In this document: positions 36,357 to 47,500 of the stretch, piece after piece
How positions within the stretch are numbered: the first letter of the stretch is position 1
Layout of the letters: each line of letters starts with the position of its first letter
IMG/VR virus record: IMGVR_UViG_3300025141_000063
Span: 8,144-72,143 of that record
DNA from: a virus
DNA length: 64,000 nucleotides
Direction: 5' to 3' (one strand)
Made by a program: the position numbers and the translations under genes
Notes under the pieces: generated by a model
The model's input: only the letters and a program-made list of their open reading frames with translations
Databases searched by the model: none
What the model was told of the DNA's origin: nothing

Positions 36357-36684
36357 TGGTCAGAGGAAGCACTGCCGGAGCACGTCGCGAGTCCTCTGCC
36401 TCATGGAGAAGTACGAGGCCTGCTCGCGGTGTCCCCGTCGGAACTTCCAGCTTCTGCTCGTCAAGACCGACCAGGTGATCACCTGCCCCGTCTTGACTCA
36501 CTACGTGGAGGGCACGTTGCCCGATGACCCCGTGCGGGCCGCCGACGTCATGCACGTGGAGAGGACCACGACAGGGAAGATCACCGACGACCAACTGACC
36601 CTTCAGACCTGCGTCGACAACCCATTCCAGGGCTGTTCTGGGTGCACAGTGAGGAGAACATGGCTCAGCTCACAGAGGAGATGA
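36307..36684 (+). CDS. Cys-rich hypothetical protein
   Basis: Multiple Cys motifs (CPAH, CSRC, CSGC). Confidence 0.55.
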   Translation: MIPEVPCPAHGMYTARDGQRKHCRSTSRVLCLMEKYEACSRCPRRNFQLLLVKTDQVITCPVLTHYVEGTLPDDPVRAADVMHVERTTTGKITDDQLTLQTCVDNPFQGCSGCTVRRTWLSSQRR

Positions 36685-36977
36685 ACCGCACCGAGCTGCT
36701 TGTGTGTGCCGAGCAGCAGCAGCTCGGCACACTTCGGCGCAGCATCGGGCGCAAGCGGCTCGAGAAGCTCGTGCTGGGAGAGGAGGAACCCCGGGACAAC
36801 GAGAAGTGCGGGACCTTGGCCCCTCGGAAGGCCACGGCCCTGTTCATCACCAGGTATCGAGACCGCTGCACCTTGCCCATTAGTGTGGGCGGGGTTGAGT
36901 GCAGCGGCGACTGCACCTCCTACGGCTGTCCCCCCGCCATCGCCATCAACTGCAACCTCGACATCAGCCGACGATGA
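36660..36977 (+). CDS. Cys-rich hypothetical protein
   Basis: GAGGAG RBS before ATG 36660; CSGDCTSYGCP. Confidence 0.65.
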   Translation: MAQLTEEMNRTELLVCAEQQQLGTLRRSIGRKRLEKLVLGEEEPRDNEKCGTLAPRKATALFITRYRDRCTLPISVGGVECSGDCTSYGCPPAIAINCNLDISRR

Positions 36978-37762
36978 CCACCTGTTTGACCTGCTCTTCC
37001 ATCGCGGAGTGTGCCGAGGCAGCACGCGCAGGACCTGACCAAGTACCGACGCACTCGTGTGTCTCCTGGAGCAAGGCTCCGCCCTACGTCCTGGCTGCCC
37101 GCCAGGACACCCTGAAACTGGGTCCCCTCGGAGTGCTTGCGCTCCTGGAGACCTCCACTTCCCACCTGACCGACAGAGAAGAGACCCTCGCTATGTCCAA
37201 CGAGAAGTACGAGGCCCGCAAGGCCGAGCTCACCCCCAAGCACCGTCCCGCCCTGAAGCGGGAGCTGAGCGCTCTCCTGAAGCCCCTGAAGGGCAAGCAC
37301 CTGCAGGCCGCCCTGGCGACCTTCAAGCCGGAAGAGGACTGGCCCGCCGACGACGACGACGCGCGCAAGAAGGCCAACGGCCTGGCGCTCCGCACCCCCC
37401 AGGAGGAGATGGTCGACGCGCTCCTCGCCATCCAGTTCCCCGCCGAGACCCAGGACGAGGAGGTCGAGGAGAAGCCGAAGCCGAAGCCGAAGCGGGGCCG
37501 CACCAAGAAGGCCGCCCCGAAGAAGGAAGCGGCTGCCGCCGCGGAGGATGACTCCGCGGTCGGCAGCAAGGTCGCCGAGCTGGGCGTGGTCCTCAACGAC
37601 ATCGCCGACTTCATGGAGAGCGAGCGCAAGGCCCGCATCGAGTTCGAGGGCCAGGTCGCTCTCGCCCTCGTGGTCATCGCCAACGACGCCAGCACCGAGG
37701 AGGGCTACGGCGACTTCGACGAGCTCGTCGCCTTCGGCAAGGAGCTGACCTCGGAGGGGTAG
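36974..37762 (+). CDS. Hypothetical protein (N-terminal Cys cluster, Lys/Pro-rich linker; possible internal start at 37193)
   Basis: ATGA overlap; CLTC..IAEC; KPKPKPKRGRTKK. Confidence 0.6.
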   Translation: MTTCLTCSSIAECAEAARAGPDQVPTHSCVSWSKAPPYVLAARQDTLKLGPLGVLALLETSTSHLTDREETLAMSNEKYEARKAELTPKHRPALKRELSALLKPLKGKHLQAALATFKPEEDWPADDDDARKKANGLALRTPQEEMVDALLAIQFPAETQDEEVEEKPKPKPKRGRTKKAAPKKEAAAAAEDDSAVGSKVAELGVVLNDIADFMESERKARIEFEGQVALALVVIANDASTEEGYGDFDELVAFGKELTSEG

Positions 37763-37848
37763 AACCTCGTTCCGTAAAGGAGACTGCGAACGCTGATCTG
37801 CGGGAGCGGATCAGCGTTCGTGGTTCGGAGCGGGGAGTCACACCTCCG

Positions 37849-38049
37849 GTGGACGCCGACCTGGTGAAGGTCTCCTCGGACGAGCTCCGGGGCATGACTG
37901 ACGAAGAGCTAGTGGACTGGTCCGCTACGATCCTGGGTCTTCGGATCGAGGACGCGGACGTGGTCTACGAAGGGAATCGCATCGTGGGGTACAAGCGGGG
38001 ACGCTTGCTCACGAGGATCGTCCAGCTCGCCTACTTGGTCGAGGAGTGA
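37849..38049 (+). CDS. Hypothetical protein
   Basis: 66-aa ORF ending just before the terminator. Confidence 0.5.
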   Translation: MDADLVKVSSDELRGMTDEELVDWSATILGLRIEDADVVYEGNRIVGYKRGRLLTRIVQLAYLVEE

Positions 38050-38054
38050 GAGGT

Positions 38055-38076
38055 GGGCTGGCCTTCGGGCCAGCTC
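38055..38076. terminator. Hairpin with cUUCGg tetraloop between convergent operons
   Basis: gggctggcc-ttcg-ggccagctc. Confidence 0.7.
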
Positions 38077-38350
38077 ATCGTCCCCTCTTCTTAGCTCGCA
38101 ACATCGTGGTTCGGCTCTTGACGATCGCGTTGGCCCGCTTGAGGTCCTCGAGGTAGGTGGGACTGCGGGACTGCACCAGCTTGCGCTTGCGCTCCACGTG
38201 CCACGGACGGTTCTCGATGACGTTCGCCCCCGGCGACATGACCGGGCGGTGCTCCACCGGCTCTCGGGTAGGAGCAGCCACACGGACACGAGGAACCTGC
38301 CGAATGCGGGAAGCCTCCGCCTGCTGCTTCGCCAGGTCCCGGGGGTTCAC
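38075..38350 (-). CDS. Small basic hypothetical protein
   Basis: GTG start in a GTGA overlap with the upstream giant ORF; Arg/Lys-rich. Confidence 0.6.
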   Translation of the reverse strand: MNPRDLAKQQAEASRIRQVPRVRVAAPTREPVEHRPVMSPGANVIENRPWHVERKRKLVQSRSPTYLEDLKRANAIVKSRTTMLRAKKRGR

Positions 38351-41300
38351 GGGTTCATCCGGGTGTACCGACAGCCCAGAGTGGCTCCCCGGAACTTGAA
38401 GCGGGTGAACGAGTTGAAGGCCGAGGTGATGCCCTCTCCGCCGCCCCCGATCTCTCGCACGCCCCACCGAAACGCGCCGCCGAACGGGATGGGGTACAGG
38501 GTGCTGTCGATGGTGGCGGTGCTGAGTTCCCGGGGCGTCCCGACCCCCCACGCCTTGACCACTACGAAGTAGCTGTACTGGCGACGGTCCACCTGCAGCA
38601 TCCTCTCGTTCTTCGCCGCCCCGAAGGGGTCCGTCAGGTCGATCTTCGTCAGGATGAAGTTCTCGTTACGGACCCCCTGCACAACGGTGGGCCCCACATC
38701 ACCGCACTTGGTGTCGTTCTGTTGTCCCGCAACACCCTCAGTGAACGCCGTGGAGTCCAGATCTACCACCTCCGAGTGGATCAGCTCGGAGAAGCCCCCC
38801 GCGAAGTCGTCCCATGCCCCTACTTCCGAGCTACTGAGCGTAGCGCCGGCGTGGCTCTGGGGATGGTTCTCCGTGGGGAGGGCGGAGTACCGCCACAACT
38901 CGATCAAGTACCCCTCCAAGGCCTCCATCTTGTCCTCGACATCGCACTCGACGTCGTAAACCACGCCCCAGTTCAAGGTCTTCCCATTGAGCTGCAGGAG
39001 TTCTGTACTGGTGGCTGTCCCCGGAGTTCCCGCAGGCCGGATACTCATGGCCACATGGAGGGTAGAGAGGATTGACCCGTGTGGAGGGTCCAACGAGATG
39101 ATGTGGCCCACTTGTCCACCACGGCGAGCGTCCACGTTGTTGAGTTCGTACACCCCGACCCCCGCCCCGTCGATCAGGGTAGGCGGCGCGAACTTGCCCC
39201 CGAGAAAGAGGAAGGCCGCATCGTTCCGGCCGCGGAACCAGAAGGTGGACGGGGACATGAGGTCCAGGAAGCCATCGATCGTAGCGCCCCCGTCAGCCAC
39301 GTACTGGATCGCCGGGGGAGTAGGGATGCCCTGGGAGTTCAAGATGAGGGGGCGGACGTCGCCGTACCCGATGTTGCCGTAGGGTCCCGCACACTCGGGC
39401 CCGTAGGTCTTCCAGTCCAGCGCCTCGGTGTGGAGTTCAAACCCCGCGCTGCTGACCGCCCCGGTGGTGACCAGGTGGCCTGCGACGGTGGCCTGCTGCT
39501 CCTCCTCTACCGCAGCCTGGAAGACATACATCGTGTGTGCCCCGGCGGGGAACCCTCCCGCCAAGGTATGGCCCAGCGCCAGACGCAACACGACGGGCCC
39601 GTTGTCGTTCATCGCGTCCACGGCCTCTTCGCGCAGGTCGAAGCCCATCTCTGTGCTGTTGAAGGTGATCTGCGTAGTCACCTCGTCGTCCGCAAAGAAG
39701 TCCATCGTGAAGGACTTCTCCAGGCTGATCAGAGAGCCGCCGATGCCGTCGACCAGGGCCACGCGAACGGTCTTGAGCTGTCCGGCGGTCGCTCCTCCCA
39801 GACCGATGTGCTTGAGCCGCAAGGTGACCGTGTAGCTGTAGTGCCTGCGGAACTGGAGTTCCGACACCTGTACGTAGGCAAACAGGGACTCTGGGGTGAA
39901 CGGCCCCGGCTCGGACGGCGTGTCCCAGTGAATGCGAATGGCGCCCCCAACACCAGCCCCATCGAAGCTCTCATCGAACGCCGTGTTGATGTTGTACCTG
40001 GCGGGTCCCGCCACCCGGAAGGCCCACTCCCCCGTCTCGAAGTTGGTCAGCGCTGTAGCGGATCCGCCGAAGCCCAGGGGCTCCCGGAGCTGGTGCCAGG
40101 CTTCGTTGGCGATGGGGTGCCGAGACGTCCCCGTGGCCAGCCCCAATGTCCACGAGCCCGCGCCGATCTGAACGATGCCCGTACCGTTGGCGTAGTCCCT
40201 TCGAGCGGCGGCGGTGACTCCGTCGATTGAGGGGGGAAGGATCCCTGCGATGGCCGCAAGGTCGTAGTGGCCGGTCTTCCCGCTCTCCACCCTGTGGGTT
40301 CCGAGCAGGGCGAAGGACTCGAGGTCCAAGTTGGCGAAGTGCCACCGCGCCCCAAGAATCTTGATCTTGTTGTCGCCGATGTCCACCGGCAAGGTCACCC
40401 CGTCCAGGAGGACCTCCACCCAGTAGCGGGGGTTCTCCCCGTCAGGGATGTCCACGTTGATGATCGTGTAGACCCCGTCGTATGCGTCGATTGCTGCATC
40501 GAGCTTGATCTGCTGGCCGATGTACGCCGCGGGGTCTTCCAGCAGTCGGGAGGCGTCGGTAGTCCCGTCCCATACGATGAAGCCGCTGGTGCGGTGCGAC
40601 CTGCTACGCGCGGGGTCCGGGGGCTGCAGGAAGGCCGCGATGGACGTCGACGTGTACGACGGGGGCATCGTACGTCCAGGCTGGCCCAGCCTGGACAGCT
40701 TCGTGCCTCCCTTCCCGTCGACGAGGTGGTACCTGTCTCCGCTGGCCACGGAGATCGGGGAGTTCGAGAAGCGAGAGCCCATGGGGAGCTCGGTGTACGT
40801 GCCGCCGTACATCTTGTGGAGGTTGTCGCCTCCCGGCCAGAAGGAGCGAGGATCCCACTGGTAGTAGGCCCCCAGCAGCTCCTGCGAGCCGCTCTGCATC
40901 ATGGAGTACGTGTCTTCGCGCACGGATACGATCGTCGCCTTGCCGTCAACAAAGGTGAGGTCGTCGGGGGAGGGTACACCCCCGTGGACACCTCCCTGCG
41001 CCCAGCCCACCGCAACCAGCGCGGCATCCGTGCCCTTCTGGGCCACGTAGAGAGCGGCCCCCTTCATGGCGGGATCGGCGGCGGCCCCGTTCATGGAGAA
41101 GGTCTCTGCGACGAAGGCGCCGGCCCAACCGCCACGCTCAGCTGCGGTAGCGAGGGCCGCTCCGCCGGGAGCAAGGTTCGCCCCGACGATTGAGCCCGTG
41201 TGCCAGCTCTCCAGCCCGTTGGCGGGCATGTACGAGGAGAAGTAGGCGGCGGAGCCCTGTGCCGAGTCGCCCCGGATGTACGCGGCGAAGTCGGAGTCGT

Positions 41301-43857
41301 TGATGTAGGCGAAGAAGCCGTTCGACTGGCCTCGCCAGTCCACCCCCACTACGCCCAGCTGCTGGATGGTGTCCGGGGCGGTGACCGTCTCCTGCAGCTC
41401 GATGGCGTCCTCGAAGAAGGAGTGCCCCACCCGAATGAGAGCGTTCCCTGCGCGGGTGAGGAAGGTGCCCTGCGGCTGGGTGTAGAGGTGCCCTCGGCCT
41501 CCGTCTGGACCGGAGGCCACGAAGGAGGGGTGCTGCCCGTCGAAGTTCATCACCCGGATGCGCTGCAGGCCGCCATCGAGCTGAGTGACCAGGTACCAGC
41601 CGTCGTTGTTCTCCGTGTCCGTCAGGCGAATCACCGACTGAGAGTAGCTAGGGGAAGGCGCCGCGAGAGCGCGGATGTTCGAGCTGCCGCTGGGGTCGAA
41701 CCCCACATGGACCCACCCATCTCCTGCGTCGAGGACGGCGAACTCGATCACGAAGTGCTGGAGGCCCTCCGGCACGGCCCCGTCGGTGTGCGTGGTCGCC
41801 TCGCGCACGGCCAGCATGTGGTGGCCGTAGAAGCGGCCCGCGACGCGGTCCTCCTCGTGCACGTACCCCAGGCGACCGAAGCTGGCGCTCTGCAGCACGT
41901 GGGTCGACATGGCCGCCGGGAAGCCGTCGAACCTGCCTGTCACGACGGAGTAGCCGTAGTCCCCGCCCAGGGGAATCGTCGGGTTCCACTCGCCGGGCTC
42001 GAGGACCACGGTCTCCGAGTTGATGTAGTCGATGATCACGAAGGCCGCGCGCAGACGGACTGCCCCACTCACCTTGGAGGTGATCAGGACCTGCCGGCCC
42101 ACGTCGTCGATGGTGAATGCTTGGCCTGGGGCGAAGAAGACGTTGCCTGCGAGGATCGTGGCGGCCAGTCCCGTAAGTCCCACCGAGGTGTGCGCGCGAG
42201 GGATGGGCGGTGTCTGGTTGTTCCACTCGGGGGCGTTCCAATCGACGTTGACGAAGAAGCCTCCGCCCCCTCCCAGACCTTGGCCGTCGTAGGCACCCTG
42301 CAGGGTGGTGCGCCGATGCAGGAACTCCATCGAGATCAGCGGGTCTCCGCTGGAGTCCAACGGCCCGCTGTAAACGAACGGGTTGCCCACTACGCTGTGG
42401 GCGAAGGGTGCCTCCGTGAAGTCGTCGGTCGAGTTGACCAACGGCCCCTTCATCTCGCGGATCACCTGCTGCACCAACGAGTCCACCTCCTCCGAGGTGG
42501 AGATGGCCAACTTCAACAGGTAGTCCGTAGGCAGGGAGCCAAGCTGGTAGCCGCCACCGACGATCACCCGGAACTTCTTGCCTACCGGGATGGGTGGATC
42601 GAAGGTCAGCCACACATCAGTAGCGAACTCGCTGTTGGCCCAGACTTCCGCTGTGCCCAAGACACCAGGAGAGTCGTTGAGTTCGCCGCGGTCCTCCGGA
42701 GTCGCTCCCCGAAGCAGCAACATCTCGTCGCTGTAGACCGCTTCGACCTGATAGGTGCCGTCGTGGTTGAACGGAGTAGTGACCCCCGCGCCAGAGATGA
42801 CTACCCGGTCGTAGACGTCAACACCCGCTGTCTGGAATGGCGCCCCCAACACACGGATCGCGGTGTTGTAGACGATCTCGTCGATGCCTGCGGCGACGGT
42901 CTTCCTGAAGTTCAGCCCCAGCAGGTTGCCGCCGTCCAAAGGCGTCCACATCGCCACATCAGGCACGGCACCGGCCAACAGGTTGCCCGCGGAGTCGAAG
43001 GTAGGCACGGGGGCGATGCGCTCTCCGTGAGTGACGCAAACCACCCGCACGGTCTCCCCGCCGACCACCATCTCGGCCAGCGTGTCCTCCTCGACCACCG
43101 CGAAGTAATCCGCGATGTCGTTGAGGTTCGATACGTTCGAGAGCCCTCGCCCCAAGTAGATCCTGTTCGATAGACCGGAGTCCACGGTACTCAGAGTGCT
43201 CAGGTCCACCTGCTCGACCGGCCCGACCGCGGGGAGGACTCGGGTGTTCCAGGGAGCGACCGTCGGATCGATGTTGTCGATGACCATCGGGAGGGCAATG
43301 AGCCGGTCCAGGCTGGCCGCGAGATAGTCCCCGTTGTAAGCCAGCGCGTCGATGGCCCGGTTCAGAACTCCGGAGGTGACATCCTCTCCGCCAGTGGCGT
43401 AGTAGGTGCCCGGTGGATTGAGTTCGCTCAATCCTGCAGGGGAGAAGGAGCGGTCCCCGCCGTCCGAGGTGGCGAGCGGGTCGGGATGGAGGGCGAAGCC
43501 GATGTCCACGGCAGCATCCACGGCGGGAGCGGAGCTCTCCACGCGGAGCTGCGCCCCATCGCCAACGCTGTTGCCCGTAATGACCAGGAAGCCGCCTTCG
43601 TCTGAGGCGGTGGCGTCGATGAGCCCGGTGATGGGGGTGTTGAGGGCGGTGACGATGTCGTTGATGGCGGCCGAAGCGAGGGCCACTACTCGGAGCGTGC
43701 CGTCCACTCGAACCGACAGCGTGGCGGGGGTGAGGAAGCCGAAGCTGAGGGTGGCGTCGGCTCGGCGGTTCTCGCTGCGCAGAGTGGGAGGCCCCTGCAC
43801 CAGGTTGTTGGTGTTGCCCCGGAGGAAGGGCCGACGGAGGAAGCGGAAGACGCTCAT
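38347..43857 (-). CDS. Large virion structural protein (probable tail fibre or appendage)
   Basis: 1836 aa, Gly/Asp/Thr-rich and Lys-poor; GEDVTSGVLNRAIDAL, repeated (N/H)DG.Y.V/I motifs. Confidence 0.7.
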   Translation of the reverse strand: MSVFRFLRRPFLRGNTNNLVQGPPTLRSENRRADATLSFGFLTPATLSVRVDGTLRVVALASAAINDIVTALNTPITGLIDATASDEGGFLVITGNSVGDGAQLRVESSAPAVDAAVDIGFALHPDPLATSDGGDRSFSPAGLSELNPPGTYYATGGEDVTSGVLNRAIDALAYNGDYLAASLDRLIALPMVIDNIDPTVAPWNTRVLPAVGPVEQVDLSTLSTVDSGLSNRIYLGRGLSNVSNLNDIADYFAVVEEDTLAEMVVGGETVRVVCVTHGERIAPVPTFDSAGNLLAGAVPDVAMWTPLDGGNLLGLNFRKTVAAGIDEIVYNTAIRVLGAPFQTAGVDVYDRVVISGAGVTTPFNHDGTYQVEAVYSDEMLLLRGATPEDRGELNDSPGVLGTAEVWANSEFATDVWLTFDPPIPVGKKFRVIVGGGYQLGSLPTDYLLKLAISTSEEVDSLVQQVIREMKGPLVNSTDDFTEAPFAHSVVGNPFVYSGPLDSSGDPLISMEFLHRRTTLQGAYDGQGLGGGGGFFVNVDWNAPEWNNQTPPIPRAHTSVGLTGLAATILAGNVFFAPGQAFTIDDVGRQVLITSKVSGAVRLRAAFVIIDYINSETVVLEPGEWNPTIPLGGDYGYSVVTGRFDGFPAAMSTHVLQSASFGRLGYVHEEDRVAGRFYGHHMLAVREATTHTDGAVPEGLQHFVIEFAVLDAGDGWVHVGFDPSGSSNIRALAAPSPSYSQSVIRLTDTENNDGWYLVTQLDGGLQRIRVMNFDGQHPSFVASGPDGGRGHLYTQPQGTFLTRAGNALIRVGHSFFEDAIELQETVTAPDTIQQLGVVGVDWRGQSNGFFAYINDSDFAAYIRGDSAQGSAAYFSSYMPANGLESWHTGSIVGANLAPGGAALATAAERGGWAGAFVAETFSMNGAAADPAMKGAALYVAQKGTDAALVAVGWAQGGVHGGVPSPDDLTFVDGKATIVSVREDTYSMMQSGSQELLGAYYQWDPRSFWPGGDNLHKMYGGTYTELPMGSRFSNSPISVASGDRYHLVDGKGGTKLSRLGQPGRTMPPSYTSTSIAAFLQPPDPARSRSHRTSGFIVWDGTTDASRLLEDPAAYIGQQIKLDAAIDAYDGVYTIINVDIPDGENPRYWVEVLLDGVTLPVDIGDNKIKILGARWHFANLDLESFALLGTHRVESGKTGHYDLAAIAGILPPSIDGVTAAARRDYANGTGIVQIGAGSWTLGLATGTSRHPIANEAWHQLREPLGFGGSATALTNFETGEWAFRVAGPARYNINTAFDESFDGAGVGGAIRIHWDTPSEPGPFTPESLFAYVQVSELQFRRHYSYTVTLRLKHIGLGGATAGQLKTVRVALVDGIGGSLISLEKSFTMDFFADDEVTTQITFNSTEMGFDLREEAVDAMNDNGPVVLRLALGHTLAGGFPAGAHTMYVFQAAVEEEQQATVAGHLVTTGAVSSAGFELHTEALDWKTYGPECAGPYGNIGYGDVRPLILNSQGIPTPPAIQYVADGGATIDGFLDLMSPSTFWFRGRNDAAFLFLGGKFAPPTLIDGAGVGVYELNNVDARRGGQVGHIISLDPPHGSILSTLHVAMSIRPAGTPGTATSTELLQLNGKTLNWGVVYDVECDVEDKMEALEGYLIELWRYSALPTENHPQSHAGATLSSSEVGAWDDFAGGFSELIHSEVVDLDSTAFTEGVAGQQNDTKCGDVGPTVVQGVRNENFILTKIDLTDPFGAAKNERMLQVDRRQYSYFVVVKAWGVGTPRELSTATIDSTLYPIPFGGAFRWGVREIGGGGEGITSAFNSFTRFKFRGATLGCRYTRMNP

Positions 43858-44511
43858 CTACACGACCCTCAGCTCATAGATCACCTCGAGGGTGCGGTTG
43901 CTGTTCTTGGTGAAGGGGTCGAAGGGCTTGTAGCCCACCGGCGCCTGGGAGCCTGCGGTGGCGAGGTCGGTGGGTCTGCCCGCCTCGTTGTTGACCGCGG
44001 GGTTGCCATCGGTGAAGCAGCCGAACTCCGTCAGCACCACGGGGTTCGGCAGGCTCAGCTCGTTCTCGGCGTACTCCCGGCGGAGCTGCACCGAAGTGCG
44101 CGCGGTGCCGAGGGAGGCAGAGGGGAAGGTGACCGGCACCTGCGCAGGGGCCAGGAACAGGCTCGTCTGGTACTCCACGGGGGAGACCAGGCGGGTCACC
44201 TCGGCGACCTCGGGGGTGATGCCGATGCCGAACCCGAAGTAGCGGAGCGCGTCGTCCCGGTTCTTGGTGCGGGAGGGGGTCAGAGCGGCCAGCGTGATCG
44301 TCTCGACGATGAACTCGCGCCCCGAGAGGGTCCAGATGTTGTGCCCCTCTCTGCGGGCCACCAGCTTGCCTCGCTCGCGCATCTCCATCTTCAGGAAGCC
44401 GCCGATCTGCGGGCCATCTCCTCCCGAGCCTCCGCCCCCTCTACGACGGCCCCCCAGAAGGAGCCGATCCGCAAGCTGAGCGATGTCCCTGAACCTGTGC
44501 GCGATGCTCAT
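43858..44511 (-). CDS. Tail fibre attachment / baseplate-associated protein
   Basis: HNIWTLSGRE..., FGFGIG, LTEFGCF, F.PFTK...LEVIYELR pattern typical of myophage tail-collar-like proteins. Confidence 0.6.
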   Translation of the reverse strand: MSIAHRFRDIAQLADRLLLGGRRRGGGGSGGDGPQIGGFLKMEMRERGKLVARREGHNIWTLSGREFIVETITLAALTPSRTKNRDDALRYFGFGIGITPEVAEVTRLVSPVEYQTSLFLAPAQVPVTFPSASLGTARTSVQLRREYAENELSLPNPVVLTEFGCFTDGNPAVNNEAGRPTDLATAGSQAPVGYKPFDPFTKNSNRTLEVIYELRVV

Positions 44512-44514
44512 CTG

Positions 44515-47500
44515 CTACCTCTTGACTCGGAGGATCCTACCAGTTGCCGCCCCCAGGGGGAGGTTCCGCGTGAGGGTGAGGGTACCTCCCACTACCTCCG
44601 CGATCACGTACTCTCCGGGGGTCACGGCTCCGCCGGAGAAGACCTCCAGGATGTCCCCAGGCTGTACTCCAATCAAGGAGAAGTCCACCGCCGCGAAGGA
44701 CACTACCTGATCACCTGGACCGATGACGCTGAAGTCCGCGAGGTCCTGCAGGACCCTGGCGTTCTCCGGGCCTGCCCCCAGAAGGTGCGCCGTCACGTCC
44801 AACGTCGCGCCCACGGCGTCCAGCAGGTAGACCCCGCTGTCCACGCCGCCCTCTACCTGAAGGAAGTCTCCCGGCGCGGCCCCGGTCGGAGCGGAGGGGG
44901 TGAACGAACTGCCCGCCGAGGTGACTGTGAAGCCCGCAGCCACCACCGACCGGGGGCGGTACAGGGCCATGGAGAGCGTCGTGTCCGGGAAGAAGTCGAT
45001 GACCTGGTCCACCAACATGCCGGTGAACTCGGAGAGGCTCGCGCGGGTGATGGTGGCGTCAGCTGGGCCGCCGGCGGGCACAGCCGGGCGGACGTAAAGG
45101 GTGGTGGCACTCAACGTGTCCACCACCTGGTAGGTGCCCGCTCCGCCGCCCGTCTCGATCTTCAGCTCGTCGCCGAACTGCAGCATCTGCAAGTCCAGGG
45201 CCGCTGCCGCCGGCAGGGTCACTACGTTGGTGCCCACGGAGGTCACTGTGCTGGAGACCAGGGGGTTGGTCTCCAGCACCGGCCGGACGATGTCGTACTG
45301 GAACAGCGCCACTGACGCTGGGGGCTCGGGGTCAAGACGAAGCTGTGCCCAGGGGAAGACGCCGACGCCGGGGTCGATGACCTCGATGATGCGGTACACG
45401 CCTCTCCACGTCCCGTTGTAGAAGCGGATGCGGTCGTCTACCGTCACGCCCTCGGTGAAGAAGCACACCCCCGTGAGATCCTGAACGACCCGGAGAACTC
45501 CCGTCTGCTCCATGGCGGCCACGGCGCTGCTGTCGTAGATCGGGTTCCGCGCCGGGCGGAAGATGAAGAACTCCTGGTCCTCCCCGGCCTGCACCCCGAG
45601 CAGAGGGGGCGAGGGGACGTCGTACGGGACGGGGTTCACCTGCACCGTGGTGTCCGTCGGGACTCCCGCCACCAGGTACCAGCCCTCGTTGGGGCCCGAG
45701 AAGATGCGGAGCAGGTCACCGGGCCGGACCAAGGGGGTGCCGTGTTCTGCTGTGATCGCTGAGTACCCAGGGTAGGGGACCACCACCAGGGGGTCGATGA
45801 ACCCTCCCCGAGCGGACGTGAAGGTGAGCGGCCCGGCCCCGCCCACCGGGGTCTCCAGGTCCTTGCCCATGAAGAACATGCGGGAGTTCATCGGCCCGAC
45901 GTTCAGGTGCTGCAGGTTCAGCCCGAAGCCGTTGAGCGCGTCCATCGAGGCCACTGCCTCGATGCGTCCGAACGGGTCGTCGACGATGTGGTCCCGTATC
46001 GCGAAGTAGAGATCGTCCTCGATGGTGATGTCGTCCGCGAGGGGCTTCACCATCACCACCTCGACATCGGTCCACGCGGGGTCCATCGCCGATGCGAAAT
46101 CGTCCACCAGCAGGAGGTCATCCGGGTCGGTGACGTCCACGTTGGCGCGCAGCGTCCAGGTGTGGAACTTCCTCAGCTCCGCACCGGTGTCCCCCTGGAG
46201 GAACTTGCCCCTCCACCAGTCCGGGTCCTCGACGTAGTCGGTGACGATCACTCCCTTGCCCAGGGGCGCGAAGCGCTCGACGATGTCGTCGACATCGTAG
46301 GCCGTCCCGGTGGCAGGGTTGATCTCGATGCCTGTGTAGTCGTCGAGGGCGTCGTCCACGAGGGGCTTGTAGAAGTAGACTCGCACCAGGCCCGTCGGCG
46401 TACCGTCGGCGTCCAGGTCCTCCACGAGGAGTCGGCCCAGGTCAGCGACGCCGTTGACCACTCGGTAGTCGTCCTTGACGGCCCGGACCACCCCTCGCAC
46501 ATCCGCCGCGGGCAGCCCAAGAAGGATCTGCGCTCCCAGCCTCAGGTTGTTGAGAGTAGGGCCGTTGGCCCACGCGTACATCAGCCCGAGCACCGCCTCG
46601 CGGTAGGTCGTGGAGCTCGTCTCCTGGTTCGACAGCTGCTCCCTCGTGAGCGCGACCAGCGTGCCGAAGTTGTTCTCGATGGCCTCCGAGTTGTCGACGA
46701 AGGTCACCTCCGCCCACAGGTTCTCCGGGGTCGGGGAGGTGGGGCTGAAGATGCCCGGCACGAAGCGGATGTACTTGTCGGCGGACCGCCTCCGCACGGT
46801 GTAGGTCAGGTCCGTCAGGGTGGACAGGAAGACGGAGCCGGTGGACGTCCGCACAGCCTGGAGCTGCGTCTCGGAGAGCACCTGGAGGACGACGAAGTCC
46901 TCCTCTTCCACCTCGACGGTGTCGCCGACCTCGACGTTGCGGCTGATGAAGCTGCCCGTGAGCGAGGTGAACACCTCCGACCCTGCCGTGGTGCTCCCGT
47001 CCACCCCCGTCAGGTCGATCTCGCCCTCGATCACGTAGTCCCGGTTCTCCACGAAGTCGACCGGGGCGCGCGGGATGGTAGTCCGCACGCCGTCCCGGGT
47101 GAGCACGTCGAACGTGCTGTCGTCGTTCTGCGCCAGGTAGACCTTGCCCACGTACTCCCGCATGCAGGGGACGGACACCACCTCCTCGTCCACGGGGATC
47201 AGGGTGTTCCGGGAGATGGACACCGCCTCGACCTTGAAGGACTCCCCCGCGGCCTCGAAGACGGTGTCTCCTGTGTGGGGCAGGTTGTCGTACCGCGTCT
47301 GGAAGCCAAGGCTGGACAGCGCGGTGTCGATGTCGAGGGCCAGCCCCGCCAAGACCGGGTTGCCCAGCTCATCGTAGGAGGCGCCGGAGATGCCCAGCGC
47401 CAGGGCCAGCTCCACCTTCTCGGTATCGGTCAGCCCTCCCGCTCCTCCGTTGGTGAGGTCCTGCGTGCCCACCACGACTGCCGCCCGCTCTCGGTCAGAG

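Noticed and set aside
37471-37492. gaagcc tandem repeat
   Set aside because: Simply encodes a KPKPKPK linker.
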